Assembly (NCBI GenBank): GCA_035551475.1
Contig: DASZMX010000144.1
Span: 1-60,052 of the forward strand
DNA length: 60,052 nt
Direction of reading: 5' to 3'
DNA from: Verrucomicrobiia bacterium
GTDB taxonomy: Bacteria; Verrucomicrobiota; Verrucomicrobiia; Limisphaerales; Palsa-1400
Shown: positions 8,594 to 18,841 of the stretch, piece by piece
Numbering within the stretch: the first letter of the stretch is position 1
Layout: each line of letters begins with the position of its first letter
The notes under the pieces: model-generated
What the model was told of the DNA's origin: nothing
The model's database searches: none
Seen by the model: only the letters and a program-made list of their open reading frames with translations
Program-made: the position numbers and the translations under genes

Positions 8594-9550
8594 TCAGGGC
8601 CAGATCGTCTCGAGTGTGTGGGCCAGACGGTAGCCGGCCTTGGTGATTTGTGATTCGGCGGCGGCGGCCGACCACGTCAAGTACTCGGGCGAAAGATCGG
8701 CGATTGGCCAGCGCACGCGGGATTTTCCGGTGTAGCGATCAGCGTAGGTTTCCTCCTGCAGCACATTGACATCGTGAACTTTGGCGGAGAGGGCGAGGCT
8801 TTCGTTGGCCCAGGCCCGGTCTTGGTCAAGGAGAGGCGCGCTGGATTGCCACGCGGGCGCGGGCTTGGCCAGGAGATCGGCGGCAAATTGTTGCGGCGTG
8901 GAAGCGCCGGCATTCGTCATGGCATTGCGCACCACGGTGACATCCCAATAAAAATGCAGCTTTTCATGGCGAGGGCCAAACACCAGTTGGTTGCCGCCCT
9001 GGTCTTCGCCGTAGGCGTTCGTGAAGCCATTGGGATCGATGAAATGGGAGTGATCCAGATAGCCGGAGCCGACATGCAGCGGCTGATGAAGGTCGCCGAT
9101 GTAGTGGACCAGCAGGCGCAAGGCAATCTTTTGATTGACATTGGAGAAGACGGTTTGCGCCTGCGGTTTGCCTTGCAAGATCAGGATGCAGGCGTTGATC
9201 GCGTGCACAATATCGTCAGGGCGCGCGCCAATGGAATCGTCTCGATATTTCGCTTCTTCAAAGGGAATATCCGTGTAATGCATGGCGGAGTGATTGGTGT
9301 TCGCATTGCGGAATTCGATGGCCTCAGGCCATTGGTTGGTGCGGTATTTGATCTGGTCAGCCCAGATCGCCGCCGTGGCCAGGCTTTCCTCGCCGAGCAG
9401 CGCCCGCACGTGATCGGCGGCGGGCGTATGCAAAATCAGTTGATCGGCGATGGCGCCGACCGTTTCGTGCCCTTCATCGCCCCAGGCGAAAACGCGTGAG
9501 TCGGCACAGAAAAAAACCAGGACCAGCAGGAGAGGACGCATCCATTTCAT
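8594..9550 (-). CDS. S1/P1 family zinc-dependent nuclease, secreted
   Basis: Signal peptide MKWMRPLLLVLVFFCADSRVFA is followed by a mature N-terminal Trp (WGDEGHETVGAIA) as in P1 nuclease (WGALGHATVAYVA). Also LLVHYIGDLHQPLH (P1: FLVHFIGDMTQPLH) and a C-terminal TKAGYRLAHTLETI (P1: AKGGYRLANWINEI). Confidence 0.8.
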   Translation of the reverse strand: MKWMRPLLLVLVFFCADSRVFAWGDEGHETVGAIADQLILHTPAADHVRALLGEESLATAAIWADQIKYRTNQWPEAIEFRNANTNHSAMHYTDIPFEEAKYRDDSIGARPDDIVHAINACILILQGKPQAQTVFSNVNQKIALRLLVHYIGDLHQPLHVGSGYLDHSHFIDPNGFTNAYGEDQGGNQLVFGPRHEKLHFYWDVTVVRNAMTNAGASTPQQFAADLLAKPAPAWQSSAPLLDQDRAWANESLALSAKVHDVNVLQEETYADRYTGKSRVRWPIADLSPEYLTWSAAAAESQITKAGYRLAHTLETIWP

Positions 9551-9561
9551 GGGGCCGCACT

Positions 9562-11460
9562 ATGACAGCGACCCCGGGGCGGAGCGAGACAAAATGCGGA
9601 TGGATCGGCGCCGCGCTTTTTCTCGTGACCTTGGCGGTGTATGCCGGATGTCTGCGGCATCAATTCCTCACGTTTGACGACCAAATTTACGTGACGGAAA
9701 ATCCGCACGCGCAGGCCGGATGGACATGGGCTTCTCTTTCGTGGGCGTTCTCCACATTTCGCACCGGGAATTGGCATCCGGTGACTTGGCTATCGCACAT
9801 GACGGACTGCGCGTGGTTTGGCTTGCGGCCGTGGGGGCATCATTTGACGAATATCGTCCTGCACGCGTCCAATGCCGCCCTGCTCTTCTTTTTTCTGCAA
9901 CGCCTCACCAAAGCGACGTGGCAAAGCGCGGCCGTGGCGGGCTTGTTTGCCTGGCATCCCGCGCATGTGGAGTCGGTGGCGTGGGTGGCCGAGCGCAAGG
10001 ATGTCTTGAGCGGGTTTTTCTTTTTATGGACGCTCTATTTTTATACGGCCTACGTGCAAACCGCCAAACGTTGGAGCTACGGAGCGGCGCTGGCGAGCTT
10101 CGCGGTGGGCTTGATGGCCAAGCCCATGCTGGTGACTGTGCCTTTTGTATTGCTGCTGCTGGATTATTGGCCATTCCGGCGCCGGGCGCTCCTGGAGAAG
10201 CTGCCGTTTTTGGCTCTCAGCGCTGCTTCATGTTGGGTGACAATGCTGGCGCAGGCGCAAGCGCACGCCATCGCGGGCGCGGCAGAATTGGGAGTCGCCG
10301 CCCGGCTTGAGCATGCGATCGTTTCCTATGGGCGCTATCTGGAAATGCTCGTGTTTCCGCATAACCTGGCGGTGTTTTATCCGTACGAAAACGGCGGGTT
10401 GGCGGCGGCGGCGCTGGCGCTGGCGGCAGGTTGCGCGGCGGTGATTTATGGCGCGAAACGATGGCCCTATCTGGCGGTGGGATGGCTTTGGTTTTTGGGC
10501 ATGCTGATCCCGGTGATAGGCCTGGTGCAGGTCGGATCGCAAGGATGGGCGGACCGTTACACCTATTTGCCGTCCATTGGTTTTTTCATCGCGGTGGTTT
10601 GGATGATCGGCCCCGCTGTCAAATACCTGGCATGGCCGGTGGCGGGGCTGCTGATCGCGCTGACTGTGGCGCAGGAAACGTATTGGCGGGACACCCGGAC
10701 GCTGTTCGAGCGGACCGTGAATGTCACCCGTGACAACTACATGGCTTTGGCGCTGCTTGGCAGCGTGGCGGATGGCGAGGGCCGTCTCGGCGAGGCTGAA
10801 ACCGACGAATTACACGCCCTGCAAGCGCGGGAGGATTATGCGCCGGCGCACTTTTTTCTGGGCCATATCCGGGAGGAGGAAGGCCGCGGATTGGAGGCGA
10901 TGCAGGAATATGCGCGCTCCGTGGCTTTGACTCCCTATTTTGAGCAAGCCCATTTATTCCTGGGAGTGGCGCAGGTGAAAGCAAAGGACTACGCCAGCGC
11001 CGAAATGAATTACCGCGCCGCGCTGGAAATAAATCCCGAATCCGCCTCCGCCCACAATGACCTGGGCAAGTTGCACCAACTCCAAGGGCGCCTGGAAGAA
11101 AGCCGGGCTGAATACGAAGCAGCGCTGCGGCTCGATCCTAAGCTGGCGCAAGCGCACAATAATCTCGGCATTGTGCTTCTCCAGGAAAACAAGCCCACCG
11201 AGGGCGCGGCGGAATTGCGGCGAGCCCTGCAGCTTAGCCCCACCAATGCGCCCACCGCCTTGAACCTGGCAATGGCATTAAGCCAGCAGGCGCAATGGCA
11301 GGACGCGGTGAAAACGCTTTTGCAGGGCGCTGAAGCCAACTCGCACGCGGGACATCGTCAGGAAGCGGCGGCGCTGGCGCAAGAAGCGCAACGGCTGGCG
11401 CAGGAACATGGGGACGAGGTTGATCGCGCAGCCGCGAGTCGAATCCTGTCAAATCAATAA
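9562..11460 (+). CDS. TMTC-like (DUF1736) polytopic membrane protein with C-terminal TPR repeats, putative protein O-mannosyltransferase family
   Basis: In-frame ATG at 9562 (MTATPGR...), 632 aa. N-terminal TM region with [15 protein letters not shown] and the DUF1736/TMTC signature [31 protein letters not shown] (compare human TMTC3 [30 protein letters not shown]). The C-terminal half has TPR repeats ([25 protein letters not shown]..., [23 protein letters not shown]...). Confidence 0.7.
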   Translation: MTATPGRSETKCGWIGAALFLVTLAVYAGCLRHQFLTFDDQIYVTENPHAQAGWTWASLSWAFSTFRTGNWHPVTWLSHMTDCAWFGLRPWGHHLTNIVLHASNAALLFFFLQRLTKATWQSAAVAGLFAWHPAHVESVAWVAERKDVLSGFFFLWTLYFYTAYVQTAKRWSYGAALASFAVGLMAKPMLVTVPFVLLLLDYWPFRRRALLEKLPFLALSAASCWVTMLAQAQAHAIAGAAELGVAARLEHAIVSYGRYLEMLVFPHNLAVFYPYENGGLAAAALALAAGCAAVIYGAKRWPYLAVGWLWFLGMLIPVIGLVQVGSQGWADRYTYLPSIGFFIAVVWMIGPAVKYLAWPVAGLLIALTVAQETYWRDTRTLFERTVNVTRDNYMALALLGSVADGEGRLGEAETDELHALQAREDYAPAHFFLGHIREEEGRGLEAMQEYARSVALTPYFEQAHLFLGVAQVKAKDYASAEMNYRAALEINPESASAHNDLGKLHQLQGRLEESRAEYEAALRLDPKLAQAHNNLGIVLLQENKPTEGAAELRRALQLSPTNAPTALNLAMALSQQAQWQDAVKTLLQGAEANSHAGHRQEAAALAQEAQRLAQEHGDEVDRAAASRILSNQ

Positions 11461-12386
11461 CCTAGGAACGTCCGGTGGGCCGGGTTCCACATGATTTCTG
11501 AATTGGTGGGCTCGATGCTGCCGGAAGTCCAAGGTCCGGCGTTGCCGAGCGCGGATTTCCGCGTGTAGAACTTGGAATGGCCATCGCAGAAATTGATCAC
11601 CGATCCATGATTATGGCGGTCTGCCAGCGTGACGAAGCGCACTGACGGATTGACCGAATTATATTGCGGGCTGTCATTGACCAACTCATGGGTGGGATCG
11701 AAAGCGGCGTCGAAGAACAGCACCAGGACCGAAGGGCCGACAGGCTTGCCGAGCGTGGTCAGTTTCAAGGTCGTGGGATAGCCATTCACCAAATCGGTGC
11801 TGGCGTAATCCGTGCCCAGATCGGTGGCGCTGGTCGCGGTGCCAATGGCGCGCCGGAGATCGAGGTTCTGCACCATGCTGAAATACCCGCCATAGCCAAT
11901 GGTGGGTTTCTTGGCGTCAGAGAGGGACATCGTGGCATCCGGGCAATGCCAAATAGGGCTGCCGGTGTAGCCGGGAAAGGGAAACTTCTGATAGTTCTGG
12001 TTGGCGCCGGGCGGAATGTTTTTATGGTACCACGTCAAGGGATGCTCATTGACGTACGGGGGAAGAAGATTAAACCAGGCCAGCGGATCATCGGGCGTGC
12101 CCCAACCGAGTGGCTGCGAGTAATTCGGATAGCCGGTTTGGCCATTGCCGGTGTTGGCGCTGCCCCAACCGTCTGCGGCGATGCGGTCGCGATTGTCCGC
12201 CGTGTACATCTGCTCGGCCAAACCCCATTGCTTGTTGTTGCTGAGGCACTGGGCTTTTTTCGCTTCGGTTTTCGCTTTGGAGAGAGCAGGCAGGAGCATG
12301 GAAGCCAGAATCGCGATGATGGCAATCACGACCAGCAACTCAATTAACGTAAACGCTCCTCTGCGAATGGGCAGCTTCTTTGTCAT
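11454..12386 (-). CDS. prepilin-type N-terminal cleavage/methylation domain protein (H-X9-DG / DUF1559-type pseudopilin-like)
   Basis: N-terminus [39 protein letters not shown] is a class III signal with prepilin peptidase site (G|FTLIE). C-terminus ...[16 protein letters not shown] is the H-X9-DG motif typical of the large Verrucomicrobia/Planctomycetes DUF1559 family. ATG at 12384-12386. Confidence 0.85.
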   Translation of the reverse strand: MTKKLPIRRGAFTLIELLVVIAIIAILASMLLPALSKAKTEAKKAQCLSNNKQWGLAEQMYTADNRDRIAADGWGSANTGNGQTGYPNYSQPLGWGTPDDPLAWFNLLPPYVNEHPLTWYHKNIPPGANQNYQKFPFPGYTGSPIWHCPDATMSLSDAKKPTIGYGGYFSMVQNLDLRRAIGTATSATDLGTDYASTDLVNGYPTTLKLTTLGKPVGPSVLVLFFDAAFDPTHELVNDSPQYNSVNPSVRFVTLADRHNHGSVINFCDGHSKFYTRKSALGNAGPWTSGSIEPTNSEIMWNPAHRTFLGY

Positions 12387-12426
12387 ATTAAACAGGCGAC
12401 GCCCCGCCTGTGGCAGGCGGGGCGTC
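12387..12426 (-). terminator. GC-rich hairpin plus U-tract between the surface-protein gene and the pseudopilin gene (intrinsic terminator or attenuator candidate)
   Basis: Perfect inverted repeat GACGCCCCGCCTG tgg CAGGCGGGGCGTC (13-bp stem, 12398-12426). On the coding (-) strand it is followed by GCCUGUUUAAU and then the pseudopilin ATG. Confidence 0.5.
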
Positions 12427-12458
12427 CGAATTACATTAACTTAAACATTTACAACGGC

Positions 12459-15400
12459 CTACGGCGAAACCACTTGGTAGAACATCGTATCTCCAGATGC
12501 GGATGAATCGGTGAACGATCCAGTTCCATTCGTGAAGACAACGGCTGAACTGACAGGTGATGAACCGATCGGGGCATATGGGCCGGTGACGTTTGATGAG
12601 CCTAGCACTGTGTAAGCATAACTATACGGAACGGCAGCCCATGTCAAGGTCGGAACGCCGTTGCTGAGCGTGGTGTGGACGGTGACAGCCGGCGGCGGAT
12701 TGGTGACAATCTGCGACAAGCTGGTCAGCTCCAATTCCCACGTGTTGTTGAACCGCACGAGCGGCGCGGTGATGGAATACGCGAAACGCGGCACCGGGAC
12801 GCCCAGCAGATTGGTCACGGTGGAGGCCAGGAACAGTGTGACAGAACCTTGGGCGTTGCTGGCAATATACGAGACGCTCGATCCACCGGCGAAGTTCGTC
12901 GGAATCGATCCGCCCGGGCCGAAGATGGTGACATTGGTCACCGTGATCAGCGAACCGTTAAGGTTGCTGGCGAGATACGACTGGTTCGCCGTGTTATTCA
13001 GGAAGTTAATCGGCGCGACCTGCGGCGTGGGCAGGTTGTTGACGATGTTGCTGCCCAAGTTGTCGCTGTTGACGAAGTAAACGTTGTTGCCGAGTGTCGC
13101 ATTGACCGACAATTCGAGCTCGTTGCGGAAGACCGTCAAGGTTCCCGAAGCGGTGACTTGCGTGCCCAATGCTGGACGGAACGAGGAATCGCCGGAGACG
13201 AACAGGTTAATGCCGCCCGTGCTGTCCTGCAGGTAGTAGCTGGAGGTCTTGCCGGTGGTCAGGTTGGTGGAGGTCGTGATCGTCCCGACGACGGCGTATA
13301 ATGTGCTGCCGGCGCTATCCGACCAAGTGGTGCCGCTGGTGCCGGTTTCCAAGGCACGCAGTGTGGCGATGGAAACGACGGGCGGAGCGGTGATGGTAAG
13401 GGTGGCATCGCCGCTCTGGGTGGAACCGCCGGGGCCGCTGGCGACCACGTAAACCGTTCCAGCTTCCGACAAGACCAAGTGGTTCAACACCAACCGAGCT
13501 GTGTTGCCGCCAATGACGGTGATGCCGTTGTCGCCGAGGGTAAAGACGTTCGTGCCGTCATTCAGATACCATTGATAGGAGATCGGGCCTGTGCCCACGG
13601 CGTCCGCAGTGAAGACGGCCTGGCTGCCGAGGAAGCCGGTGGTGTTCTGCGGCTGCTGGTCGAAGACCGGCTTGGTGTTGGAGTCACTGATCAAGACGTT
13701 GGCCACATCGCTGGTGATGCTGCCGGCCAAGGTCGTGAGCACAACGTAATAGGCGCCATTGTCGGCCGAGCTTTGGTTCACCAAAGGCAGGATCGCTTCG
13801 TTGGCGGAGCCGCCCAGGCTCACGTCATCCTTATACCATTGGTAGGTGATGCCTTTGCCCGAGGCCGCGACCTCGAGGGAAAGGTTGTTGCCGGAGTAAT
13901 TGGTGATGCCGACCGGCTGCTGTCCGATGAGGGCCAGCGCCGCCAGGTTGGTGGTCACGTCGTCGAAGCTGGCCGCGACGCGGAGGTTATCAATATACAT
14001 GACGCCTTCGCCGCCGTTCTGACGGAAACCATAATAGGTCATGGGCCCGACGAAGTTCGTGCCAGTCGGCGTGTTGGGATCATGGGCCTCGACATTCTCA
14101 TCGGTTTCCGAGGCGGGATTGACCCAAAGCGTGGAAGTCAAACCATCGATGTCGTATTCGACCACCACTTGATAAGGCGTGTTGAGCGCGAGATCCAAGG
14201 GGTAGATGGTGTCAGGGCCAGTGAGGACGGAGCTGGTATGATCATAATCGTCCTGGTTATTGGCCAAGCCCAGGCGCCACATGCCCGCCGGGGTGTTCGT
14301 CGTCAACGAATAGATGCGCGCCCAGAAACCGCGGGGGCCGTTGTTCGTTTGATTGATATCGGTGAAATGCGCGAAGTAAGTGCCGCCCGGGCTGGCCGGG
14401 AGCTGGGTCATCGTGATGCTAAAGCTGGCATACACCTGCCCGTTGGTTTGCGGCACGGTGAACTTATGATCGATGTCGTCCGCGCGCAATTGATTGATCA
14501 CATAAACCCCGTTGGTGCCGGTATTGTCAAAAATATCGGTCACTGAAACATTCGTGATGAAGGAATCGAAGGGCCCGGTGGTGGGGCTGTCGCGCAACCA
14601 GGTGGATTGCGGCACGATCGGTCCGTTGGTGTAATTGAAGTCGTCCGAAATCAGGTAGGGTGTGATGTCGAACACCGTGGCGGCGCTGGTGACGAATGCG
14701 CCGAGCGCGTTGGAAACCGTGACCGAGACGAGCGTCTGTTGTGGCGCGGCGCTGTTAAAGGTGTAAGTGGAGGAGCTGGGATCGACGCTGGTGTCTTGCA
14801 CGCCATTGGTCAGCCAGGCGTAGGTCAAGGGCTGAGTGCCGGCGGCGGTCACACTCAGAGTGTAGCTCGTGCCAGAGAAGTTGGTGGTTCCAACCGGGGC
14901 CACGGTAATGACGGGATCAACGACCGCGAAAGCAATCGGACCGCTGGTGGCCATGCCGTATTGATTGCTGACGACGACGAAGTAGTTGCCCGCGTTGGCG
15001 GCCAAGGCGCCGGAGATGTTCAAGGTGGACGAGCCGGTTCCGGTATAAGCGCCGCCATCGCTGAGAAGCGTCGAACCCAAATACCAAAGCGTGGCGTCCG
15101 CGCCGGAGGAAGTTACAGTGAACGAAGCAGAGCCGCCCGCGTTCACGGTGGCGTTGCTGGGCGAAACGGAGATAATGGCGGGTTTGAGCGAAGCCGTCAC
15201 ATGGAGCGTGTTGGACGTGCTGTTGGTCATGCCGAACGCATTGGAGAGAGTGACGTAAAAGACCGACCCATCCGCCGCGAGTTGGACATTTGTGATCGTG
15301 ATTGAATTGGTTGTGCCGTAGGAGATCGCCACGGTATTGGAAAACCATTGATAGGTGACAGGATCAGTGCCGGTGGCAACCACGGAGAAAGTCGCGTTGT

Positions 15401-16463
15401 CGCCAACGGTGACGAACTGGTCAGACGGCTGCGTGGTGATACTGGGGGCGGAACCGGAGGCCTGGGGAGCGAACTTCACGCCGCGATACGCGGTGTTGGC
15501 AACTGCCGTCGCGAGAGTGGTGAACGGCGAAGTGGAGCCGGTGTCGGTGACGGCCACGACTTTGTTCGCAGAGGAGTCAGCAGTAACCGCATAAATAACG
15601 GGAGAGGCGCCCGTGAAATCAACCGCCAGGGAGCGAGTTCCCGCGGTCAGGCCGGTCGCCAAGGTATATTGCAAAGCAAAGCCCGAAGGGCCGTTCGTAT
15701 ATTTTTGCACGCCGCCGCCGGAAGCGGTGGCGCTATCGTCCGCGACGTAAAAAGTATTTCCGTCCGGGCTGACCGCGTAATCGTAAGGGCTGCCGGAATC
15801 AGGAATGACCAGCGCGGAAGTCACCGGCGTGGTGGGAACCGCGCCCAAGCTATAAACGCCGTGGGTGCCCGAACCAGTGCTGGTGTAAAGAATGCCGTTG
15901 AAGATTTCCGTGGAACGGGTGTTGGCGGGCGCGGGGGAGATGGAATTGGAGCTGGTGGAAGTCAAATAAACCGTGCCGGCCGAAGCTCCACCCGCCCAGA
16001 AATGGCCCGCGCCATCGCTGGTGGCAGAGCGGATATTATTGGCGGAGAAGTTCGTGCCCAAAGACGGTCCGAGAGTAAAATTTCCATGGCTATCCAAAGT
16101 CCCGACGGTGCGGGGGACGGCGGTCGATGCTCCACTTGTCACGCCGGTGGTGCCAGCCGCGACATTGTATCCTGCGAGGACGAGTTCCGAGCCATCGGTG
16201 GAACGGGTCAATTGCCCTTCTGAAGTGGCGGTTCCACTGTTGACCAATGCGGTCGCGCCGGAAGAGGGAATTGCAAACGATTGCACGGCCACACCGGCGG
16301 TGGTGATTTCATCGATGAAGACGGCGGTGCCAGCCGAGCTCAATGCCCCTGTGCCGGTCCCCACTCGTTCTACCGCCAGATTGCCAGGAGTAAACACTTG
16401 GGCGTTCGAAGAAAGGGCGGGAATTAAGCCAATAAATGCAGCGAGTGTGAGTATTCGTTTCAT
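12459..16463 (-). CDS. giant secreted cell-surface protein (1334 aa) with Ig-like / beta-strand repeat domains
   Basis: Signal peptide MKRILTLAAFIGLIPALSSNAQV. Extremely T/S/G/N/V-rich. Repeated Ig-like modules (e.g. PVTYQWFSNTV..., ITYQWYKDDVSLGG..NGAYYVVLT, ISYQWYLNDGTNV...). ATG at 16461-16463. No recognised sorting motif at the C-terminus. Confidence 0.7.
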   Translation of the reverse strand: MKRILTLAAFIGLIPALSSNAQVFTPGNLAVERVGTGTGALSSAGTAVFIDEITTAGVAVQSFAIPSSGATALVNSGTATSEGQLTRSTDGSELVLAGYNVAAGTTGVTSGASTAVPRTVGTLDSHGNFTLGPSLGTNFSANNIRSATSDGAGHFWAGGASAGTVYLTSTSSNSISPAPANTRSTEIFNGILYTSTGSGTHGVYSLGAVPTTPVTSALVIPDSGSPYDYAVSPDGNTFYVADDSATASGGGVQKYTNGPSGFALQYTLATGLTAGTRSLAVDFTGASPVIYAVTADSSANKVVAVTDTGSTSPFTTLATAVANTAYRGVKFAPQASGSAPSITTQPSDQFVTVGDNATFSVVATGTDPVTYQWFSNTVAISYGTTNSITITNVQLAADGSVFYVTLSNAFGMTNSTSNTLHVTASLKPAIISVSPSNATVNAGGSASFTVTSSGADATLWYLGSTLLSDGGAYTGTGSSTLNISGALAANAGNYFVVVSNQYGMATSGPIAFAVVDPVITVAPVGTTNFSGTSYTLSVTAAGTQPLTYAWLTNGVQDTSVDPSSSTYTFNSAAPQQTLVSVTVSNALGAFVTSAATVFDITPYLISDDFNYTNGPIVPQSTWLRDSPTTGPFDSFITNVSVTDIFDNTGTNGVYVINQLRADDIDHKFTVPQTNGQVYASFSITMTQLPASPGGTYFAHFTDINQTNNGPRGFWARIYSLTTNTPAGMWRLGLANNQDDYDHTSSVLTGPDTIYPLDLALNTPYQVVVEYDIDGLTSTLWVNPASETDENVEAHDPNTPTGTNFVGPMTYYGFRQNGGEGVMYIDNLRVAASFDDVTTNLAALALIGQQPVGITNYSGNNLSLEVAASGKGITYQWYKDDVSLGGSANEAILPLVNQSSADNGAYYVVLTTLAGSITSDVANVLISDSNTKPVFDQQPQNTTGFLGSQAVFTADAVGTGPISYQWYLNDGTNVFTLGDNGITVIGGNTARLVLNHLVLSEAGTVYVVASGPGGSTQSGDATLTITAPPVVSIATLRALETGTSGTTWSDSAGSTLYAVVGTITTSTNLTTGKTSSYYLQDSTGGINLFVSGDSSFRPALGTQVTASGTLTVFRNELELSVNATLGNNVYFVNSDNLGSNIVNNLPTPQVAPINFLNNTANQSYLASNLNGSLITVTNVTIFGPGGSIPTNFAGGSSVSYIASNAQGSVTLFLASTVTNLLGVPVPRFAYSITAPLVRFNNTWELELTSLSQIVTNPPPAVTVHTTLSNGVPTLTWAAVPYSYAYTVLGSSNVTGPYAPIGSSPVSSAVVFTNGTGSFTDSSASGDTMFYQVVSP

Positions 16464-16690
16464 AAGGGTTTTAAATGGCGACGAAGATATGCTTCACCGC
16501 GAACTAACGTTCCGGGGACTATGTTTTAGCGATCAATCCTTCTATATGCAAACTTTTTCTCGAACTATTTCGCATCAAAGTTCGCGCATGATTTGTAGCC
16601 GCGAAAGCCGCGCAGAACAACAGCGATCGGGCGACATCTGTGTGACGATTGGGTGACAAAGAGTTCCCGCTCACCCGCTGCGAGCCACAC

Positions 16691-17701
16691 TCAACCGCGC
16701 GGCTGAAACTTCGATTCGCGGGCGAGATCCTGCCACAATTTTTTCTCCGCGTCGGTCAATTCCTTGGGCATTTGCACGCGCACCACGACGAAGAGATCGC
16801 CGGGCTCGGCGCCGGGCAGGCCGCGCCCGCGCACCCGCAGACGCTGTCCGTTCTGGGCGCCGGAAGGTATCTTTATATTGACAGAGCCGGAGAGGGTCGG
16901 GACAGCGACGCTCGTTCCCAGCGCGGCTTCCCATGGGGCCAAGTCGAGGTCGTAATAAAGATCGCCGCCTTCCACGCGAAAATCGGGATGGCTTGCCAGG
17001 CGGACGCGCAAATATAAATCTCCCGCCGGTCCGCCGCCCGCGCCCGGTTCTCCGCGGCCCGCCAACCGCAAACGCTGGCCGTCACGCACGCCGGCGGGTA
17101 TGCGGACTTGATAGCTTTGGGTGGTGGAAACCTGACCTGTGCCGTGGCATGCGGCGCATTCGCGGCGATCTTTGACGCCCGTCCCCTGACAAGTCGGGCA
17201 TGGGATATTGCGGCGCACCGAGATCGGACGCACCGAGCCGGTGACGGCTTCCTCCAGGGTCACCATGATAACGCCCTCAACATCCTGGCCGCGCTCGCTC
17301 TGCGGCCCCGCCCCGCCGCCGAACCCGCCGCGGCGGCCGCCAAAAAATTGCTCAAAAAAATCGCTGAAGCCCGTGCCGCCAAATTCAAAGTCTTCCGCCC
17401 CACCCTGCCCTCGATGAAAATCATATGTGCGATGGCCGGGGCCGCCGCCAGGAGGCGGACGAAAGCCGCCATTTTTCCAATCCGCGCCCAGTTCGTCGTA
17501 CTTCTTGCGCTTATCGGCGTCGCCAAGGACTTCGTAGGCTTCGTTGATTTCCTTGAATTTTTCCTCGGAACGTTTTTTATCTTTGGCCACGTCAGGATGA
17601 TATTGACGGGCCAGTTTGCGGAAGGCTTTGCGGATGTCATCGCTGCTGGCGCTGCGCTCGACCCCGAGTGTTTTGTAATAGTCTTTAAACTCCAACGGCA
17701 T
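16691..17701 (-). CDS. dnaJ: DnaJ-family chaperone (J domain + CxxCxGxG zinc finger)
   Basis: In-frame ATG at 17699-17701 gives [43 protein letters not shown]...[19 protein letters not shown] (J domain with HPD). Zinc-finger repeats CPTCQGTG...CAACHGTG. Gly/Phe-rich linker. 337 aa. Confidence 0.85.
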   Translation of the reverse strand: MPLEFKDYYKTLGVERSASSDDIRKAFRKLARQYHPDVAKDKKRSEEKFKEINEAYEVLGDADKRKKYDELGADWKNGGFRPPPGGGPGHRTYDFHRGQGGAEDFEFGGTGFSDFFEQFFGGRRGGFGGGAGPQSERGQDVEGVIMVTLEEAVTGSVRPISVRRNIPCPTCQGTGVKDRRECAACHGTGQVSTTQSYQVRIPAGVRDGQRLRLAGRGEPGAGGGPAGDLYLRVRLASHPDFRVEGGDLYYDLDLAPWEAALGTSVAVPTLSGSVNIKIPSGAQNGQRLRVRGRGLPGAEPGDLFVVVRVQMPKELTDAEKKLWQDLARESKFQPRG

Positions 17702-17715
17702 ACTATTTGAAGAAT

Positions 17716-18801
17716 ATGGCGCTACCCCTGCGAGATACAACCAAATGTAAATTTGACCTGCTGGCGCTCGGCGAGTGCATGGTGCGCCTGGCGCCACCGG
17801 GGCACGGACGCCTGGAATTTGCCAAAACGCTGGAAGTGGATGTGGGCGGCGGCGAATTCAACGTGGCCTATGCGGGCGCCAGGTTGGGGCTGCGGACGGG
17901 ATTCATCAGCAAGCTGCCGGATAATCCGCTGGCGCACATCATCTTGAATCATGCGCGCGCCGTGGGCGTGGACGTCTCCCATGTCTTGCTGGAAAAATTC
18001 GACGGCGTCGGGCGCGCGGGGCGGGTCGGCTTGAATTTCACGGAGGTCGGCATGGGCGTGCGCGCCAGCGTGACGATGTACGACCGGGCGCATTCCTCCA
18101 TCAGCCAAATGAAGGCCGGCGAAATGGAATGGCGCCGGATATTTGAGCAAGAAGGCGCGGCCTGGCTGCATACGGGCGGAATCCTGGCGGCGTTGTCAAA
18201 TGAAAGCGCGGCCACCACCAAAGCGGCCTTGCAGGCGGCGCGAGCGGCGGGAACGGTGACGAGTTACGACCTGAATTTTCGCAGCAAATTGTGGAGCAGC
18301 GCACAGGCCATCGCGGTGACGAAAGAAATCCTGCCCTACGTGCAGGTGTTGATCGGCAACGAGGAGGATTTCCAAAAGGTCCTGGGCTTCGAGGTCGAAG
18401 GGGCGAAGGCGGACCTGCGCGAATTGCCCGTGGAAGGCTACAAGCGAATGGTGGAGCGCGTGGTGGCCGCGCATCCCCACATCCAGGCGGTCTGCACCAC
18501 CTTGCGCGAGGTGAAAAGCGGGCTCGTCAATCATTGGGGCGGAATCCTGTGGCACGACGGCAAATTTCACGAGGCGCGCCCCTTCCGGGATCTGGAAATC
18601 GAAGATCGCGTGGGCGGCGGAGACGGATTTTCCAGCGGGATCGCGTATGGATTCTTGCGCGGCCTGGCGGCGGGGGAGATTGTCAATTTTGGGGCGGCCC
18701 ACGGCGCCCTGCTGCAAACCACGCGCGGCGACACCTCGCAAGTGAGCCTGGAGGAAGTCATGCATGTGATGCGCGGCGGATCGGCGCGCATCCAGCGCTG
18801 A
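17716..18801 (+). CDS. PfkB-family carbohydrate kinase (KdgK-like)
   Basis: ATG at 17716 ([25 protein letters not shown]...); the track start 17707 is a TTG. Ribokinase-fold features: N-terminal LLALGE, and a C-terminal [17 protein letters not shown] anion-hole/DTxGAGD-like block. Confidence 0.65.
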   Translation: MALPLRDTTKCKFDLLALGECMVRLAPPGHGRLEFAKTLEVDVGGGEFNVAYAGARLGLRTGFISKLPDNPLAHIILNHARAVGVDVSHVLLEKFDGVGRAGRVGLNFTEVGMGVRASVTMYDRAHSSISQMKAGEMEWRRIFEQEGAAWLHTGGILAALSNESAATTKAALQAARAAGTVTSYDLNFRSKLWSSAQAIAVTKEILPYVQVLIGNEEDFQKVLGFEVEGAKADLRELPVEGYKRMVERVVAAHPHIQAVCTTLREVKSGLVNHWGGILWHDGKFHEARPFRDLEIEDRVGGGDGFSSGIAYGFLRGLAAGEIVNFGAAHGALLQTTRGDTSQVSLEEVMHVMRGGSARIQR

Positions 18802-18841
18802 GCCAGAGCGCGGAGAGAGTTAGCTAAAAGAAAGGCATCTT

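Noticed and set aside
12675-16223. Several long plus-strand ORFs (208, 355, 232 and 291 aa) inside the 1334-aa surface-protein gene
   Set aside because: Gly/Arg/Asp/Val-rich low-complexity translations with no family resemblance. They are antisense to a gene with a clean signal peptide and repeat structure.
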